Assembly (NCBI GenBank): GCA_964639285.1
Contig: CAZXCI010000001.1
Coordinates: 219,757-283,756 of the forward strand
Direction: 5' to 3'
DNA: 64,000 nucleotides
DNA from: an uncultured Candidatus Saccharibacteria bacterium
GTDB lineage: Bacteria; Patescibacteriota; Minisyncoccia; Phycocordibacterales; XYD1-FULL-46-19
Position 1 is the stretch's first letter. Every line of letters starts with the position of its first letter. A model generated the notes under the pieces. It worked only from the letters and a program-made list of their open reading frames with translations, did not search any database and was not told the origin of the DNA. This document shows, in pieces, positions 18,938 to 29,055 of the stretch. The translations under genes were made by a program, and so were the position numbers.

Positions 18938-20233
18938 TTATGGTTGAGTAATATTGGTTTCGACTTTTATCTTAGATTCGTCGGAAGGGACCGTTCTTAT
19001 CCATGGTGGCGAGAAGACGACGGTGGCCATTTGGATGGTAGGGAAATTTTTGTCAAAAACGTCTTTGTAATTTTTACTAGTGGCCAAACGAAGCTTATTT
19101 TTCAAGCTTTTTTCGTCAAAGGACCAAACCAGGTGGCCATTGCCCTCAAGCTTAAAGCTGATCTTTTCTAGGTTGCTGATATTCAAATTATCTCTATTTT
19201 GTAAGGTAAATTTAAGTTCTTGCCAGTTGGTGATGGAAACGGGCTCATCTTCGTAGTCTGGAACCTGCTGAGCGGCAAGATATTTGCTGAGTTCCTCCTT
19301 GTTGAAGAGAATTCCCGTGGCATTAACCGACATTTTGAAAGTTGCTTTGTCTGGTGCTTCCGGGGTCGGGAGGATACTTTGAGTAAAATTGGTGATTATT
19401 CCATCGTCAAAGAGAAGATAGTCTTCAGGAATCTGGGGCTTAAGTTTCTGAGCAATCTTTGTCATCAAGATTTTCTTCAATTCTGTCTCAGCTTTAGCTT
19501 TATCTACTTCTGACACCTTACCCCTCTCACCAATGAAACCTCCGGTCATGGCAGTTTTAGACTTGGCATAAATACTAGTGGCCTTGTCTGTTCCCTTGAA
19601 ACCAGGAATACTAAAATCTGAGAGCCCAATATTGTAATTATCTCCTGCTTTATCAGCAACGACCGTTACTTCTAATTGGCCAGGAACATCTTTACCGCTA
19701 GCGTCCTTAGACATCCCGGGAATAGAAATAGCGGTTGGTGTTCGAAAAATTAAACCTTCGGCCGTTTGAAACCTTGTGGTTGCTACAAGATTTTGGACCT
19801 TGGAGCTGTAATTATTATAGACAATTATTTGACCACGAGCTTTTTCTTGGACATTTTCTTTGCCGGTTGTTGTGACAGATAGGGTTGCCTCATCTTGAAG
19901 GTTAGAAGCTAGAACAAACTTAAGACCAGTTTGACCACCTTGAGTGGCCTCATAAGTGTTACTAATTAATAAGCGACCCTGTTTGGGGGTAACCTTAACG
20001 GTGACATGAGCAAACTGACTACTTAAGCCGTAACCAATACCACCAAGGACAAGTAAACAAACTAATCCAAGAGCGATTTTGCTCCTCCAGCTTTTTAACA
20101 TTGATTTATTGTTTATATCCATATTTCTATTTGGTTGGTAATAATTAGTAACGATCTCCTCGTGTTGCTCTTCATGATTAGACTCTGGGAAGATATCTCG
20201 CAAACTTCTTTTTGTTTTATTGATGTCTTGCAT
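18938..20233 (-). CDS. single-pass membrane protein with a baseplate J-like beta domain (CPR-type hypothetical)
   Basis: One TM helix; KARGQIIVYN...TRFQTAEGLIFRT...VVADKAGDNYNI...MTGG pattern. Confidence 0.6.
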   Translation of the reverse strand: MQDINKTKRSLRDIFPESNHEEQHEEIVTNYYQPNRNMDINNKSMLKSWRSKIALGLVCLLVLGGIGYGLSSQFAHVTVKVTPKQGRLLISNTYEATQGGQTGLKFVLASNLQDEATLSVTTTGKENVQEKARGQIIVYNNYSSKVQNLVATTRFQTAEGLIFRTPTAISIPGMSKDASGKDVPGQLEVTVVADKAGDNYNIGLSDFSIPGFKGTDKATSIYAKSKTAMTGGFIGERGKVSEVDKAKAETELKKILMTKIAQKLKPQIPEDYLLFDDGIITNFTQSILPTPEAPDKATFKMSVNATGILFNKEELSKYLAAQQVPDYEDEPVSITNWQELKFTLQNRDNLNISNLEKISFKLEGNGHLVWSFDEKSLKNKLRLATSKNYKDVFDKNFPTIQMATVVFSPPWIRTVPSDESKIKVETNITQP

Positions 20234-20266
20234 AATAAAAAATTAAGCTTACAAAGTTAATTGTCC

Positions 20267-21418
20267 TTATTTAAGCTTAGCACAGAAAAGGGCCTCCGCC
20301 AATAACCAGCTGTTGGTAAGTATCTGGGCCTTCCCCGTGAGGTGGGCGAGGCCACTGGCCAGGAGTTTTTCAACAAAAATAGTATCTAATTTGTGGTTGC
20401 TGAGGGTAACATCGCTAAGTTCTGCCTGATTTATAAAATTGACAAAGAGACTGTCAGTCGGGTCATCGCTAATAAGATAAACGGTCTCTGGCAGAAAAGT
20501 TGTGGTAAGGGCTGAAGTAAGAGTTTGTTTGAAATCTGCTTGCCAGAGCTCTTCCACCTTCCCCATCACTGAATTTAGTCTATTTTTAAGTTGTTGGTTG
20601 GCTTGGCCAGAAGTCAGGAGATTAAGCGAAGTCTCCGCTTCAGCCGGTATTGTTCCTAACTCCTTTGCCAGACTACGAACTAGGAAATTCTTGCCTTTAG
20701 GGAAGGAAAAATGTTCAGCGAGGATATTATCCTTGATAATTAAAATGTCAGTGATTTCGTTGCCAACATCAAGCAGGATAAAATCTTTTTCGGGCAGAAA
20801 ATCTTTAAAAATATCGTAGGTAGCAAAAGAAAAGGTGCTAAAAATCACCGGTGCTTTGGCGTACTCGGCGCGCATCAGGTCGCGCAAATTAACAAGCAAA
20901 TCTTTGTCGGCCCAACTTAAGAAACGGTTTAAGACCACTTCCTGGGCTCTTTGTCCGACTGGCCAAGTGGTGACATAGCCGTCGAGTTTTGTCTGCATCA
21001 CTTTATCTTCAAGGATAACAATATCTTCGCCCAATTTTGTCTCCTTGTCGGCCTGTTTGACAAGATCGGCCAGATAAGCCTTGGTGATCTTTGTCGAGCT
21101 GGGATTATCTGCCCGAACAACCTTTGTCTGGGACTGGAAAAATGGCGAGGAGAGGAAGATAAAAATTTTTTCTGGTTCATTAGTTCCTGCTTTGGCCCGT
21201 AATTCTTTGAGTAAAGTTTGGATAGCGAGTTTGGTCTGCTCCCAAAAATGGTTAAATTCGGGCAGATCATGGTAAGAAATCTTCTCGTCTGATTCGGCCA
21301 AAACACTCACGACTTCTCGATCTTGCTGTTTGATAATTGCTCCACTCACACGAGCACTACCAATATCAATAACGCTAACAATCCGACCCTCATCCTTTTT
21401 CGCAGAAGAGAAAAACAT
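20267..21418 (-). CDS. actin-fold FtsA/PilM-like protein
   Basis: IDIGSARV and LLDVGNEITD phosphate-loop-like motifs. Confidence 0.65.
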   Translation of the reverse strand: MFFSSAKKDEGRIVSVIDIGSARVSGAIIKQQDREVVSVLAESDEKISYHDLPEFNHFWEQTKLAIQTLLKELRAKAGTNEPEKIFIFLSSPFFQSQTKVVRADNPSSTKITKAYLADLVKQADKETKLGEDIVILEDKVMQTKLDGYVTTWPVGQRAQEVVLNRFLSWADKDLLVNLRDLMRAEYAKAPVIFSTFSFATYDIFKDFLPEKDFILLDVGNEITDILIIKDNILAEHFSFPKGKNFLVRSLAKELGTIPAEAETSLNLLTSGQANQQLKNRLNSVMGKVEELWQADFKQTLTSALTTTFLPETVYLISDDPTDSLFVNFINQAELSDVTLSNHKLDTIFVEKLLASGLAHLTGKAQILTNSWLLAEALFCAKLK

Positions 21419-21563
21419 TGGTTATATTATAACAGTAATCAAAGAGAAGTGTTAAGAAATAAGTGGAAAAATAAATTAATCTGGGGATAAAAAGATGGCA
21501 TTGAAGTCCAAGGGCAATCCTCGGATGATCCTTTCGTCACCAGCCTTATTATGGTAAAATAAA

Positions 21564-21755
21564 ATGATGATGAAGAAAACTTTAAAGATAACTATCGTTG
21601 TATCAATACTAATTTTGGTATCCTTTGGAGTTTATCTTGTTTATTTTTTGTTACAACCATTATCAAACCCAGAGAGATTTAGGACTGATCGAGATTGGTG
21701 GAGATATTTGCAAGTTTCCACACTCACAAGACAAGAACTAACTGATAAAAAGTAA
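21564..21755 (+). CDS. small membrane protein
   Basis: 63 aa with one TM helix; TAAAAT just upstream. Confidence 0.4.
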   Translation: MMMKKTLKITIVVSILILVSFGVYLVYFLLQPLSNPERFRTDRDWWRYLQVSTLTRQELTDKK

Positions 21756-21808
21756 AATTTCAAAAACTTAACATTCATGACGGTCGTCAATGATGTTAAG
21801 TTTTTGGG

Positions 21809-22075
21809 TTACTTAAAGAAATTATTTAGCCACCATTTCTTGAAAAGTGGGATTGTCAGGGTAGATAAAACAAAACCAAGAGTTGGGACAACCGCGTTGA
21901 CAAAAGGCTCGGGTAGGTTGGCGAAGAAGAAAAAGATGACGACAACGAGATAGGTTAAAATTAAAATAAGAAATTTTCTTGCCCAACTTGTCTCCCAGGC
22001 TTTATCCGCTTCGACGCGCTTGTTACGTTCTTTAATCTTTTCTATTTCCTGTTGTAATTCTTCAACTGTGGACAT
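21809..22075 (-). CDS. small membrane protein
   Basis: 88 aa; coiled N-terminus and two TM helices. Confidence 0.7.
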   Translation of the reverse strand: MSTVEELQQEIEKIKERNKRVEADKAWETSWARKFLILILTYLVVVIFFFFANLPEPFVNAVVPTLGFVLSTLTIPLFKKWWLNNFFK

Positions 22076-22076
22076 T

Positions 22077-22664
22077 TTATTTTTTCTGGAGTTCTTTTAC
22101 CGCGATATGCCAAATACCATTGTCGTCCTCGATTGTTCCAATATCAGTGAGTCCATTTTTTTCGATGTTGGCCCTTAGAGATCGTTTGTTTTCGTCGTTA
22201 ATTTCGCCTATACCAATTTCATATTTGAGGCCCAGTTTTTTAGTAAGGGTCTCATAAAGTGCTGGCAAAATTGTTTGCCCTCGAAAGTTCTTATCGATAC
22301 AAATTTGTGCGAGAACAGCAAATTTATATTGAGCGATAGGTTTGCCTTTAAATTCTAGCGCTTCTACTGAAGATAATAATTTGTCAAAAAAACCACTTTC
22401 TTTAGCTTGTTCGGGTGACATTGGCATATAATAACCGACGATTTTCCCCTTCGATCTTGCGATCGGCAATCCTTCATTGGTAATAATTTTTGCAAGAAGT
22501 TCTGGTGATGTTTCCATCATTATAAAACCGCCAGATTCTTTTTCTTTGGGAGTTAGATTCTTGTCCAAATTCCTTTCCTGAAGAGCCAAGATTTGGTCAA
22601 TATCTTCTATCGTTGCGAGTCTGATTTCAGTTTCCTGTTCGATTTTTGGATTTGTCTCTTCCAT
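22077..22664 (-). CDS. GNAT-family acetyltransferase
   Basis: IRLATIEDIDQILAL, QICIDKNFRGQ and NKRSL motifs; start is the ATG at 22664 just after the alaS stop. Confidence 0.8.
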   Translation of the reverse strand: MEETNPKIEQETEIRLATIEDIDQILALQERNLDKNLTPKEKESGGFIMMETSPELLAKIITNEGLPIARSKGKIVGYYMPMSPEQAKESGFFDKLLSSVEALEFKGKPIAQYKFAVLAQICIDKNFRGQTILPALYETLTKKLGLKYEIGIGEINDENKRSLRANIEKNGLTDIGTIEDDNGIWHIAVKELQKK

Positions 22665-22665
22665 C

Positions 22666-24552
22666 TTATTCCAAAACTGCTTTAATTCGGCGGACGCCGG
22701 CGGAGATGGCTTCTTCTTTAGTAATTTTGAATTTGGCCACTTGCGCTGAGCCGATTGAAGCGAGGATGCCAGTATTCTCAACGTGAGGGCCACCACAGAA
22801 TTCTGTGGAGAAAGCTTGCCCGGCTGGGTCAGACGGGTCGTTAATTTTATACACCTTAACTGTCTCGCCATATTTAGATTCATCGAAAGATAGAACAGTA
22901 ACAATTTTTTTCGCCTCGTCTTTCGATAATTCGAGCATCTCAACGGGAATTTTCTCTTCAATTTTCTGATTTACTAAATCTTCAACAGCTTTTATCTGTT
23001 CGGGAGTTAATTTCTCGGGCCAATTGAAGTCGAAGCGCAAACGTTCACTGGTGATGTTACTCCCCTTCTGGACGATATCGGCGCCCAAAACTTTTCTAAG
23101 CGAAGCAAGAAGTAGGTGGGTAGCGGTATGATACTTGATCTCCATTTCTCCCGTCCCGGCTAATCCCCCTTTGAATTTTTGCTCTGATCCGGCTTTAGAA
23201 ATGACTTGATGTTTGCTCATTTGTTCGTCGAATTTTTGGCGGTCGATAATTATCCCCTTTTCTTTAGCCAATTCTTCAGTCAGTTCGATGGGAAAACCGA
23301 AGGTTTGATAGAGGTCAAAGGGGTCTTGATTTTTCTCAAACTCTTTGAGGCCTTTCTCGAGAGTCTGCTTGAACTTATTTTCTTCTTTTTCTAACTCGGC
23401 AAAAATTTTCTCTCGATTTTCCTCTAATTCGGGATAAACTTTCTTATATTTCTTGATAACGATCTCGGCTAATTGAGTGATCAGATTTTCGGCCGATTGC
23501 ATTTGGTTGGCGTGACGGACAAGTCGGCGAATAATTCGTCTCAAGATGTAGCCACGATCGGTATTGGAGGGAGTCACCCCATCGGCAATCATGAAGACGG
23601 CCGTTCGCACATGGTCGGCGACAATGCGCTCACTTTTCTCTGTTGGTTTGGCCGAAGTTTGCCTAATTTTGTCTAAAATCGGAAGAAAGAGATCAGTCTC
23701 GAAGACATTATCTTTGCCATTGACCACGGCGGTTGTCCTTTCCACCCCCATGCCGGTGTCCACATTCTTCGCTGAGAGAGGTTCATAACGGCCTTCAGGC
23801 GTCTTGTTGAACTCCATGAAGACATTGTTCCAAACCTCGATTAGACGGAAGGAATCTACTAAATCGCTAAATTTGCCTTCAAGACCTGCCCGTACGCCTG
23901 CGCTGTCCGGATCAACCCGTCCGGCTACTCCATCCGGGTAAACATCATAAAAAATTTCGGTATCACTCCCACAAGGTCCTGAGTTGCCAGCAATCCAGAA
24001 ATTATCGTCCACACCAAGAGGAATAATTCTCACACCGTCTCTCAACATTTCATCGTCGCCAGCTACATCGTTGGAGAGGCCGTATTTAGCAAAAACTTCT
24101 TGCCAGATTTTTATCGATTCTTCGTCGCGAGGAATACTTGCTCCGCCATTGGCAGGTAAACCTTTAAAAACGGTCACGTAGAATCTAGCTGGATCAAGCC
24201 CAAGACCATAATCTTTGTTGGTTAGAAAATCAAAACTCCAAGGGATAGATTCGGCTTTAAAATAGTCGCCAAGCGACCAATTGCCAAGCATCTCGAAGAA
24301 AGTATTGTGACGGTTGTCACCGACATCATCAATGTCGCTGGTGCGGACACATTTTTGCACATCAGCAATCCTTTGGCCTCTGGGGTGGGCTTGACCGAGA
24401 AGATAAGGAATCATTGGTTGCATCCCCGCTGTCGTGAAGAGGGTGCCTTCGTCGCCGTAAGTGCTTGGGATCAGTGAAGCTGAGGGTACAATTCTGTGTC
24501 CCTTTTTCTCAAAAAAATCTAGGAATTTCTGGCGGATTTCTTCAGAAGTCAT
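22666..24552 (-). CDS. alaS: alanyl-tRNA synthetase, short form without C-Ala, carrying several short insertions
   Basis: LFTTAGMQP, FFEMLGNWS, VDTGMGVER, HTATHLL and EFCGGPHV motifs. Confidence 0.97.
   Translation of the reverse strand: MTSEEIRQKFLDFFEKKGHRIVPSASLIPSTYGDEGTLFTTAGMQPMIPYLLGQAHPRGQRIADVQKCVRTSDIDDVGDNRHNTFFEMLGNWSLGDYFKAESIPWSFDFLTNKDYGLGLDPARFYVTVFKGLPANGGASIPRDEESIKIWQEVFAKYGLSNDVAGDDEMLRDGVRIIPLGVDDNFWIAGNSGPCGSDTEIFYDVYPDGVAGRVDPDSAGVRAGLEGKFSDLVDSFRLIEVWNNVFMEFNKTPEGRYEPLSAKNVDTGMGVERTTAVVNGKDNVFETDLFLPILDKIRQTSAKPTEKSERIVADHVRTAVFMIADGVTPSNTDRGYILRRIIRRLVRHANQMQSAENLITQLAEIVIKKYKKVYPELEENREKIFAELEKEENKFKQTLEKGLKEFEKNQDPFDLYQTFGFPIELTEELAKEKGIIIDRQKFDEQMSKHQVISKAGSEQKFKGGLAGTGEMEIKYHTATHLLLASLRKVLGADIVQKGSNITSERLRFDFNWPEKLTPEQIKAVEDLVNQKIEEKIPVEMLELSKDEAKKIVTVLSFDESKYGETVKVYKINDPSDPAGQAFSTEFCGGPHVENTGILASIGSAQVAKFKITKEEAISAGVRRIKAVLE
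22740..22761. repeat. probable GAGC..TCGAAG-type hairpin insert in alaS
   Basis: cttgcgctgagccgattgaagc resembles 25624-25643 and 56181-56204; adds ASIGSAQV before KFKI. Confidence 0.5.
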
Positions 24553-24599
24553 TGCCTCTAATCTTACCAAAAAAGTCCCGAAAATAAAAATTTTTATTT

Positions 24600-25754
24600 T
24601 TAGGCAATCACTCCTCCACCAAGGCAGATATCTTTGTCGTAGAGGACAAGTGATTGACCGGGGACAGCCAATTGGGGCTTCTCGAAAATGATTTGGGCTG
24701 TTCCCTTTTTACTATCGATATTTTTAATCCGGCATTTCTGGAGAGGTTGGCGATAGCGAACCCTAGATTCTAGCTGGCAGCTTTTACCTGCCTGCGCAGG
24801 CAGGGCTGGCAGCTTAAGAGGGTCAGAAATCCAATTGGTTTTTTCTAGCTGAACTTCTAATCTCTCGGCTCTTATCGAATAAGGTTTATCTGAGACAGTA
24901 AGTGTATTCTTTTTCACATCTTTGGCAATAATATAATAAGGCTTCTCATCTGGGGATTTGGTTGTGATTTCGAAGCCATGGCGTTCTCCCAGGGTGAAGA
25001 AGGTTGCGCCATCATGACAGCCAATAACTTTTCCTTGTTCGTCTAAGATGTTTCCTTTTTTTTCTTTTATCTCACGTTTAAGAAAATCTTTAAAATCAAT
25101 CTCACCGACGAAACAGAGTCCTTGGCTATCTTTCTTCAGAGCGGTAGGTAAATTAAATTTTTTCGCTAAAGCGCGGACTTCTGGCTTAGTATATTTACCG
25201 ATAGGAAACAAGATTTTAGGCAATTGTTCAGACTTGAGGTTCCAGAGAAAATAAGTTTGGTCTTTGTTTAGATCTTTTGAAACTTTTAAAACAAGCCCCT
25301 TTCGAGGTGAGACCTCGGGCTCACTTGAGGACTCACCTCGGGAAACCGGTACTTGAGAAATTTGTGAGTAATGCCCCGTCGCAACAAAGTCGGCGCCGTG
25401 GGTCATGGCCCAATCATAGAAGACGCCGAATTTGATGTGTTTGTTGCACATTACATCGGGGTTGGGAGTTCGTCCAGCTTTATATTCAGCGATAAAATAA
25501 TCAACTACTCTCTTCTTGTATTCTCGACTCAAATCTAAAGTTAGGAGGGGGATATCAAGATGAGCTGCAACTCGCCTGGCCCAGCGACGTTCCTCTCTCC
25601 AGCTACAAAAGTCGGCGGATTTACCCTGAGCAAAGTTGAAGGGCTCCCACACCCTAATAAAAACGCCGACAACATCATAACCCGCCTTCTTCAACAAAGC
25701 AGCCGAAACCGAGCTATCGACCCCTCCGCTCATTCCAACAAAAACTTTTTTCAT
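24600..25754 (-). CDS. mnmA: tRNA 2-thiouridylase MnmA
   Basis: GMSGGVDSSV, TPNPDVMCN, KDQTYFL and DSQGLCFVG motifs. Confidence 0.97.
   Translation of the reverse strand: MKKVFVGMSGGVDSSVSAALLKKAGYDVVGVFIRVWEPFNFAQGKSADFCSWREERRWARRVAAHLDIPLLTLDLSREYKKRVVDYFIAEYKAGRTPNPDVMCNKHIKFGVFYDWAMTHGADFVATGHYSQISQVPVSRGESSSEPEVSPRKGLVLKVSKDLNKDQTYFLWNLKSEQLPKILFPIGKYTKPEVRALAKKFNLPTALKKDSQGLCFVGEIDFKDFLKREIKEKKGNILDEQGKVIGCHDGATFFTLGERHGFEITTKSPDEKPYYIIAKDVKKNTLTVSDKPYSIRAERLEVQLEKTNWISDPLKLPALPAQAGKSCQLESRVRYRQPLQKCRIKNIDSKKGTAQIIFEKPQLAVPGQSLVLYDKDICLGGGVIA
24787..24804. repeat. 18 bp perfect palindrome in mnmA
   Basis: cctgcctgcgcaggcagg, identical to tgt 58404-58421. Confidence 0.85.
25303..25340. 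repeat. paired-hairpin element in mnmA
   Basis: cgaggtgagacctcgggctcacttgaggactcacctc; 36/37 identical to the uvrC copy once its nested insert is removed. Confidence 0.85.
25624..25643. repeat. short hairpin insert in mnmA
   Basis: ccctgagcaaagttgaaggg, encoding PFNFAQG. Confidence 0.6.
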
Positions 25755-26707
25755 TAATCCAAATATAGACGACGGTTCTTCTTGTGTCCAGCAAAGTCTT
25801 CGGCGTAATACATTTTGCCGTCTCGGCCAGTTAGGTAATAAAGATAGGGAGAAAAGGTTGGATTAATTGCTGCTTCGATTGAGGCGAGGCCCGGGTTAGC
25901 GATCGGCGTTGGCGGGAGCCCCTTGTTGGTGTAGGTATTATAAGGCGAATCCTTTTTCATTTCGGCCTTAGTAATAGTATAAGTATTTTTATTAGTAAAA
26001 TATTCGAAGGTGGCATCAACTTGCAGAGGCATGTCAATGGAAATCCGCTTCCAGAGTATCCCGGAGACAAGTCGCCGGTCCTCATCTGTTTTTGTTTCTC
26101 TCTCGATAAGAGAGGCCATCGTGAGAATTTGATCGAGAGTTTTGCCAGAGAAAACAATCGCTAGTTTGAGCGATGAGATTTGGTCGTTAAAATTCTGATT
26201 CATCTCATAGATAACATCATCAACGGTATCATAAGGTGAGAAAAAATAGGTATCAGGAAAAAGTCGCCCTTCAAGATTATCTGTTTTTTCTAAAAATTCT
26301 TTCTTAGAAAATTCGGGGAATTTCTTAACTAGAGCCGTAGCAATTTTTTGATTAGACATTCCTTCGTAGACAGTTACAGAAACCGGCTTATAGCCCAAGA
26401 AACGATTAGTCAGTTTAAGAGCAATATTCAGAGCCGAGACTGGTTGTTTAAAGAAATAAGTTCCAATTTGCATTCTTTTTTCTCCTCCCAGAAAGATAAC
26501 GAAGATTTTGAAGGCAGTTTTTGATTGAATGAATCCCTTTTCCTTAAGCTCTGTTGCAATTTGCGAAACGGATTTGCCTCGATCGACATGATAGAACGGG
26601 CTTGTTGGAAAATTGGCAGGGGGAAAGACAATCTTAACCACCCCGACAAAAATCAAGACAAAAATCAAAGCGAGGACAATAATTTTCCAGGGTTTGTTGT
26701 ATAGCAT
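25754..26707 (-). CDS. mltG: endolytic transglycosylase MltG
   Basis: LEGRLFPDTY, MASLIERE, MPLQVDAT and SPYNTY..GLPPTPIANPG motifs. Confidence 0.93.
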   Translation of the reverse strand: MLYNKPWKIIVLALIFVLIFVGVVKIVFPPANFPTSPFYHVDRGKSVSQIATELKEKGFIQSKTAFKIFVIFLGGEKRMQIGTYFFKQPVSALNIALKLTNRFLGYKPVSVTVYEGMSNQKIATALVKKFPEFSKKEFLEKTDNLEGRLFPDTYFFSPYDTVDDVIYEMNQNFNDQISSLKLAIVFSGKTLDQILTMASLIERETKTDEDRRLVSGILWKRISIDMPLQVDATFEYFTNKNTYTITKAEMKKDSPYNTYTNKGLPPTPIANPGLASIEAAINPTFSPYLYYLTGRDGKMYYAEDFAGHKKNRRLYLD

Positions 26708-26714
26708 AAATAAT

Positions 26715-27959
26715 TTAGATAGGCAGGTTCGCTGGTGGTTCACCTCGCTTAGATTGGATACGGTCGAGGCTTGGGGTGGTGGCTACTTGGCCAGGGAAGT
26801 GGAAAATTGTCGCCAGCTCTTCTGTCGTAAGAGTCATCGGTTTACGACTAGCTGGTGGATAAAAGAACGATCGGTTGCGATAATATTTAAAATGATTAAG
26901 TTTTCTTCTTTTTGCCCGCCAACCAAAAGGATCTTCCCACGGGTTGTTAAAACCAGTTAGAGTGTTATCGAGTAAACTAAATCCATTTCTTCTTTCAGCG
27001 CTAAATTGTTTGAGACTTGCTATGATTCCAACGTTAACGGCTGGACGGATGCCCTCAGAAGAGGCATAGAGGATTCTCATGCCAACGTCGAAGGGTAATT
27101 TTTTGAGATTTCGCTCAACGGCTTCAATCATATCGCGTTCTCCAGGAGAGAGAACAGTTTTGATCCAGGCTGACGACATATCTTTAGCGTCAACGTCCCG
27201 ATTAAGCAACTTAGAGAGCTCAGCCTTAACCTCTTTCTGCCAAGAGACAAGTTCGCCCTTTTTGTCTGTAAAGCGTTTTTTCCCACCCATAATCATGATT
27301 TGAATCCAAACCTGCTCCGTTGGCTTAATGGTCGAGAGGAACTCGAGAAGTGGTGTCATCGGATCGATCTTGAACTCTTCTTTTGGATCTTTATCTAACT
27401 CGTAATCGATATAAGTACGGATCGGATAAACTTCTGGTTCGCTCAATTTAAGGTCACGTCCGGCAATATCCCAAGCCGAACCCGGTTGGCCATAAGTGAC
27501 CTCTTCAGTATAGTCACGGTCACACTTGATAATTTCTACTTCTGGGTATTGAGAATAGATACGGGATTCCACAAGGTTCTGGAAAAATTTAGGGATATAT
27601 AGGTAAAAATGGATTTTCCCCCCGATAGAAATGAGTTCGAGCGAGAACCAACCACGAACGACACCCCTAATATATTTATCCACTAGTTCACCCTCGTAAG
27701 TCTGATAGAAAACCTCAAGAAGAAGCTCCATTGCTCGAGGCGATTTGGTAATCTCTTTAGGAATTCGAACTTCGAGCAAGACCCATTCTTGTTCTTTAAC
27801 ATATTTTGATCGGATATAGAAAAGATAAGTTTGCCATAATAAAAAGGCTAAGAGGATCGGTGAGAAATAAACAAAGTATTTAAGACCCTCCAAAAAGATG
27901 GGGGCAGAAGCCCAAACGAAATTGTTGAAAACTTTAAAAGGCGTGAGAGCAGAGAGCAT
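26715..27959 (-). CDS. membrane-anchored hypothetical protein (CPR-type)
   Basis: N-terminal TM; LLEVRIPKE, FSLEL, YSQYPEVEI and EELATIFHFP pattern. Confidence 0.65.
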   Translation of the reverse strand: MLSALTPFKVFNNFVWASAPIFLEGLKYFVYFSPILLAFLLWQTYLFYIRSKYVKEQEWVLLEVRIPKEITKSPRAMELLLEVFYQTYEGELVDKYIRGVVRGWFSLELISIGGKIHFYLYIPKFFQNLVESRIYSQYPEVEIIKCDRDYTEEVTYGQPGSAWDIAGRDLKLSEPEVYPIRTYIDYELDKDPKEEFKIDPMTPLLEFLSTIKPTEQVWIQIMIMGGKKRFTDKKGELVSWQKEVKAELSKLLNRDVDAKDMSSAWIKTVLSPGERDMIEAVERNLKKLPFDVGMRILYASSEGIRPAVNVGIIASLKQFSAERRNGFSLLDNTLTGFNNPWEDPFGWRAKRRKLNHFKYYRNRSFFYPPASRKPMTLTTEELATIFHFPGQVATTPSLDRIQSKRGEPPANLPI

Positions 27960-27984
27960 GCCTTAATTATAACCCAAGAGAGGT

Positions 27985-29007
27985 TTATTTGGCTAGACTA
28001 AAACGTCCATCAGTCCCCTTCTTGAAGTATTTAGGATTCTGAAGATTGACGATAATTGTGTTGAGTTTGACTTGTCGTTGTTTCAAGACAAGATCTACGA
28101 CATCTTGGCGAGCAAGAGGGCCCTTCTCTTTTATCAATTTCTGGATAACCTCAATGACGGTTCCCTTGGAGTAACCCCATTCGGTAAGAGCGTACAAGCC
28201 TCGGCCAACTAAGACAAAACGACTATCTTTGATCAACTCGTTATGACAAGTGGCGGGGTGAGCTTCGCGACCAAAAGTTTTCTGAATTTGTTTGGCGACT
28301 TCGCTAAAGTGAAGAGGCTTCTCGGCTTTGCGCAAGACGAGATAGGCGTAGTCACGAATACCACGCATGCGAATATTAGGAGAAGAAGCGAGTCCCCACT
28401 CACCCAGGGGATTCCTGGCGAGAGATTTGCTGATTGAGAGCCACTTATTAGCAAACTGATTAACCTTGGGTTCATCAGAAAGATTCTTTAGTTCCTTTAA
28501 AAATTTCTCAACTAGTTCTGGCTCAGAGACAAGGTCTCCTTCAGAAAAGTTAGAACACAAATTTTTGAGAGACTGGTGGATTTTAGTAGCAAGCTCTTCG
28601 TCAGTTGTCCACTGGTGGTGGAAATCTCCGTCTTCTCGCAATTTAGTAAAAGCGTTAGACACCACCAACAAGAAGTGAATGTGATTTTGAGTTGAACGGT
28701 CTTTAGCCTGAGCATCAAGAAAGAGTTGTTCATGCACAACCCCGCCAAAATCGTCGACAAGTTTCTTAAGTTGATCGAAGGCTGGTTGACTGGTGCCATA
28801 AGCCTTAGATTTCTTAATTAAGTTCAAAGCAAACGACTCAATCTGGCGAACACGCTCACGGGTTATTTTATATTCTCGGCCAATACCTTCGAGGGTTTCC
28901 CTCTTAGCAACTTTTCCTAGGCCATAACGCTTCATCAAAATATCTTGACTACGCTTAGGCAACTCATCGAGCAAACGCTTAGTGATGTCCTTAACTTTGA
29001 TACTCAT
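27985..29007 (-). CDS. sigma70 region 4-like HTH fused to HARE/RpoE-delta-like winged helices
   Basis: RYGLG..RETLEGIGREYKITRERVRQIE and PLHFSEV..HNELIKDSRFVLVGRGLYAL motifs. Confidence 0.75.
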   Translation of the reverse strand: MSIKVKDITKRLLDELPKRSQDILMKRYGLGKVAKRETLEGIGREYKITRERVRQIESFALNLIKKSKAYGTSQPAFDQLKKLVDDFGGVVHEQLFLDAQAKDRSTQNHIHFLLVVSNAFTKLREDGDFHHQWTTDEELATKIHQSLKNLCSNFSEGDLVSEPELVEKFLKELKNLSDEPKVNQFANKWLSISKSLARNPLGEWGLASSPNIRMRGIRDYAYLVLRKAEKPLHFSEVAKQIQKTFGREAHPATCHNELIKDSRFVLVGRGLYALTEWGYSKGTVIEVIQKLIKEKGPLARQDVVDLVLKQRQVKLNTIIVNLQNPKYFKKGTDGRFSLAK

Positions 29008-29055
29008 ATAAACCTATTTCTATCATTAAATGCTAACAAAGTCAACTAGTGATTA

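Noticed and set aside
22665-22961. N-terminal extension of the GNAT ORF overlapping alaS
   Set aside because: It is an alternative-frame read of the alaS 3' end; the ATG at 22664 right after the alaS stop is the sensible start
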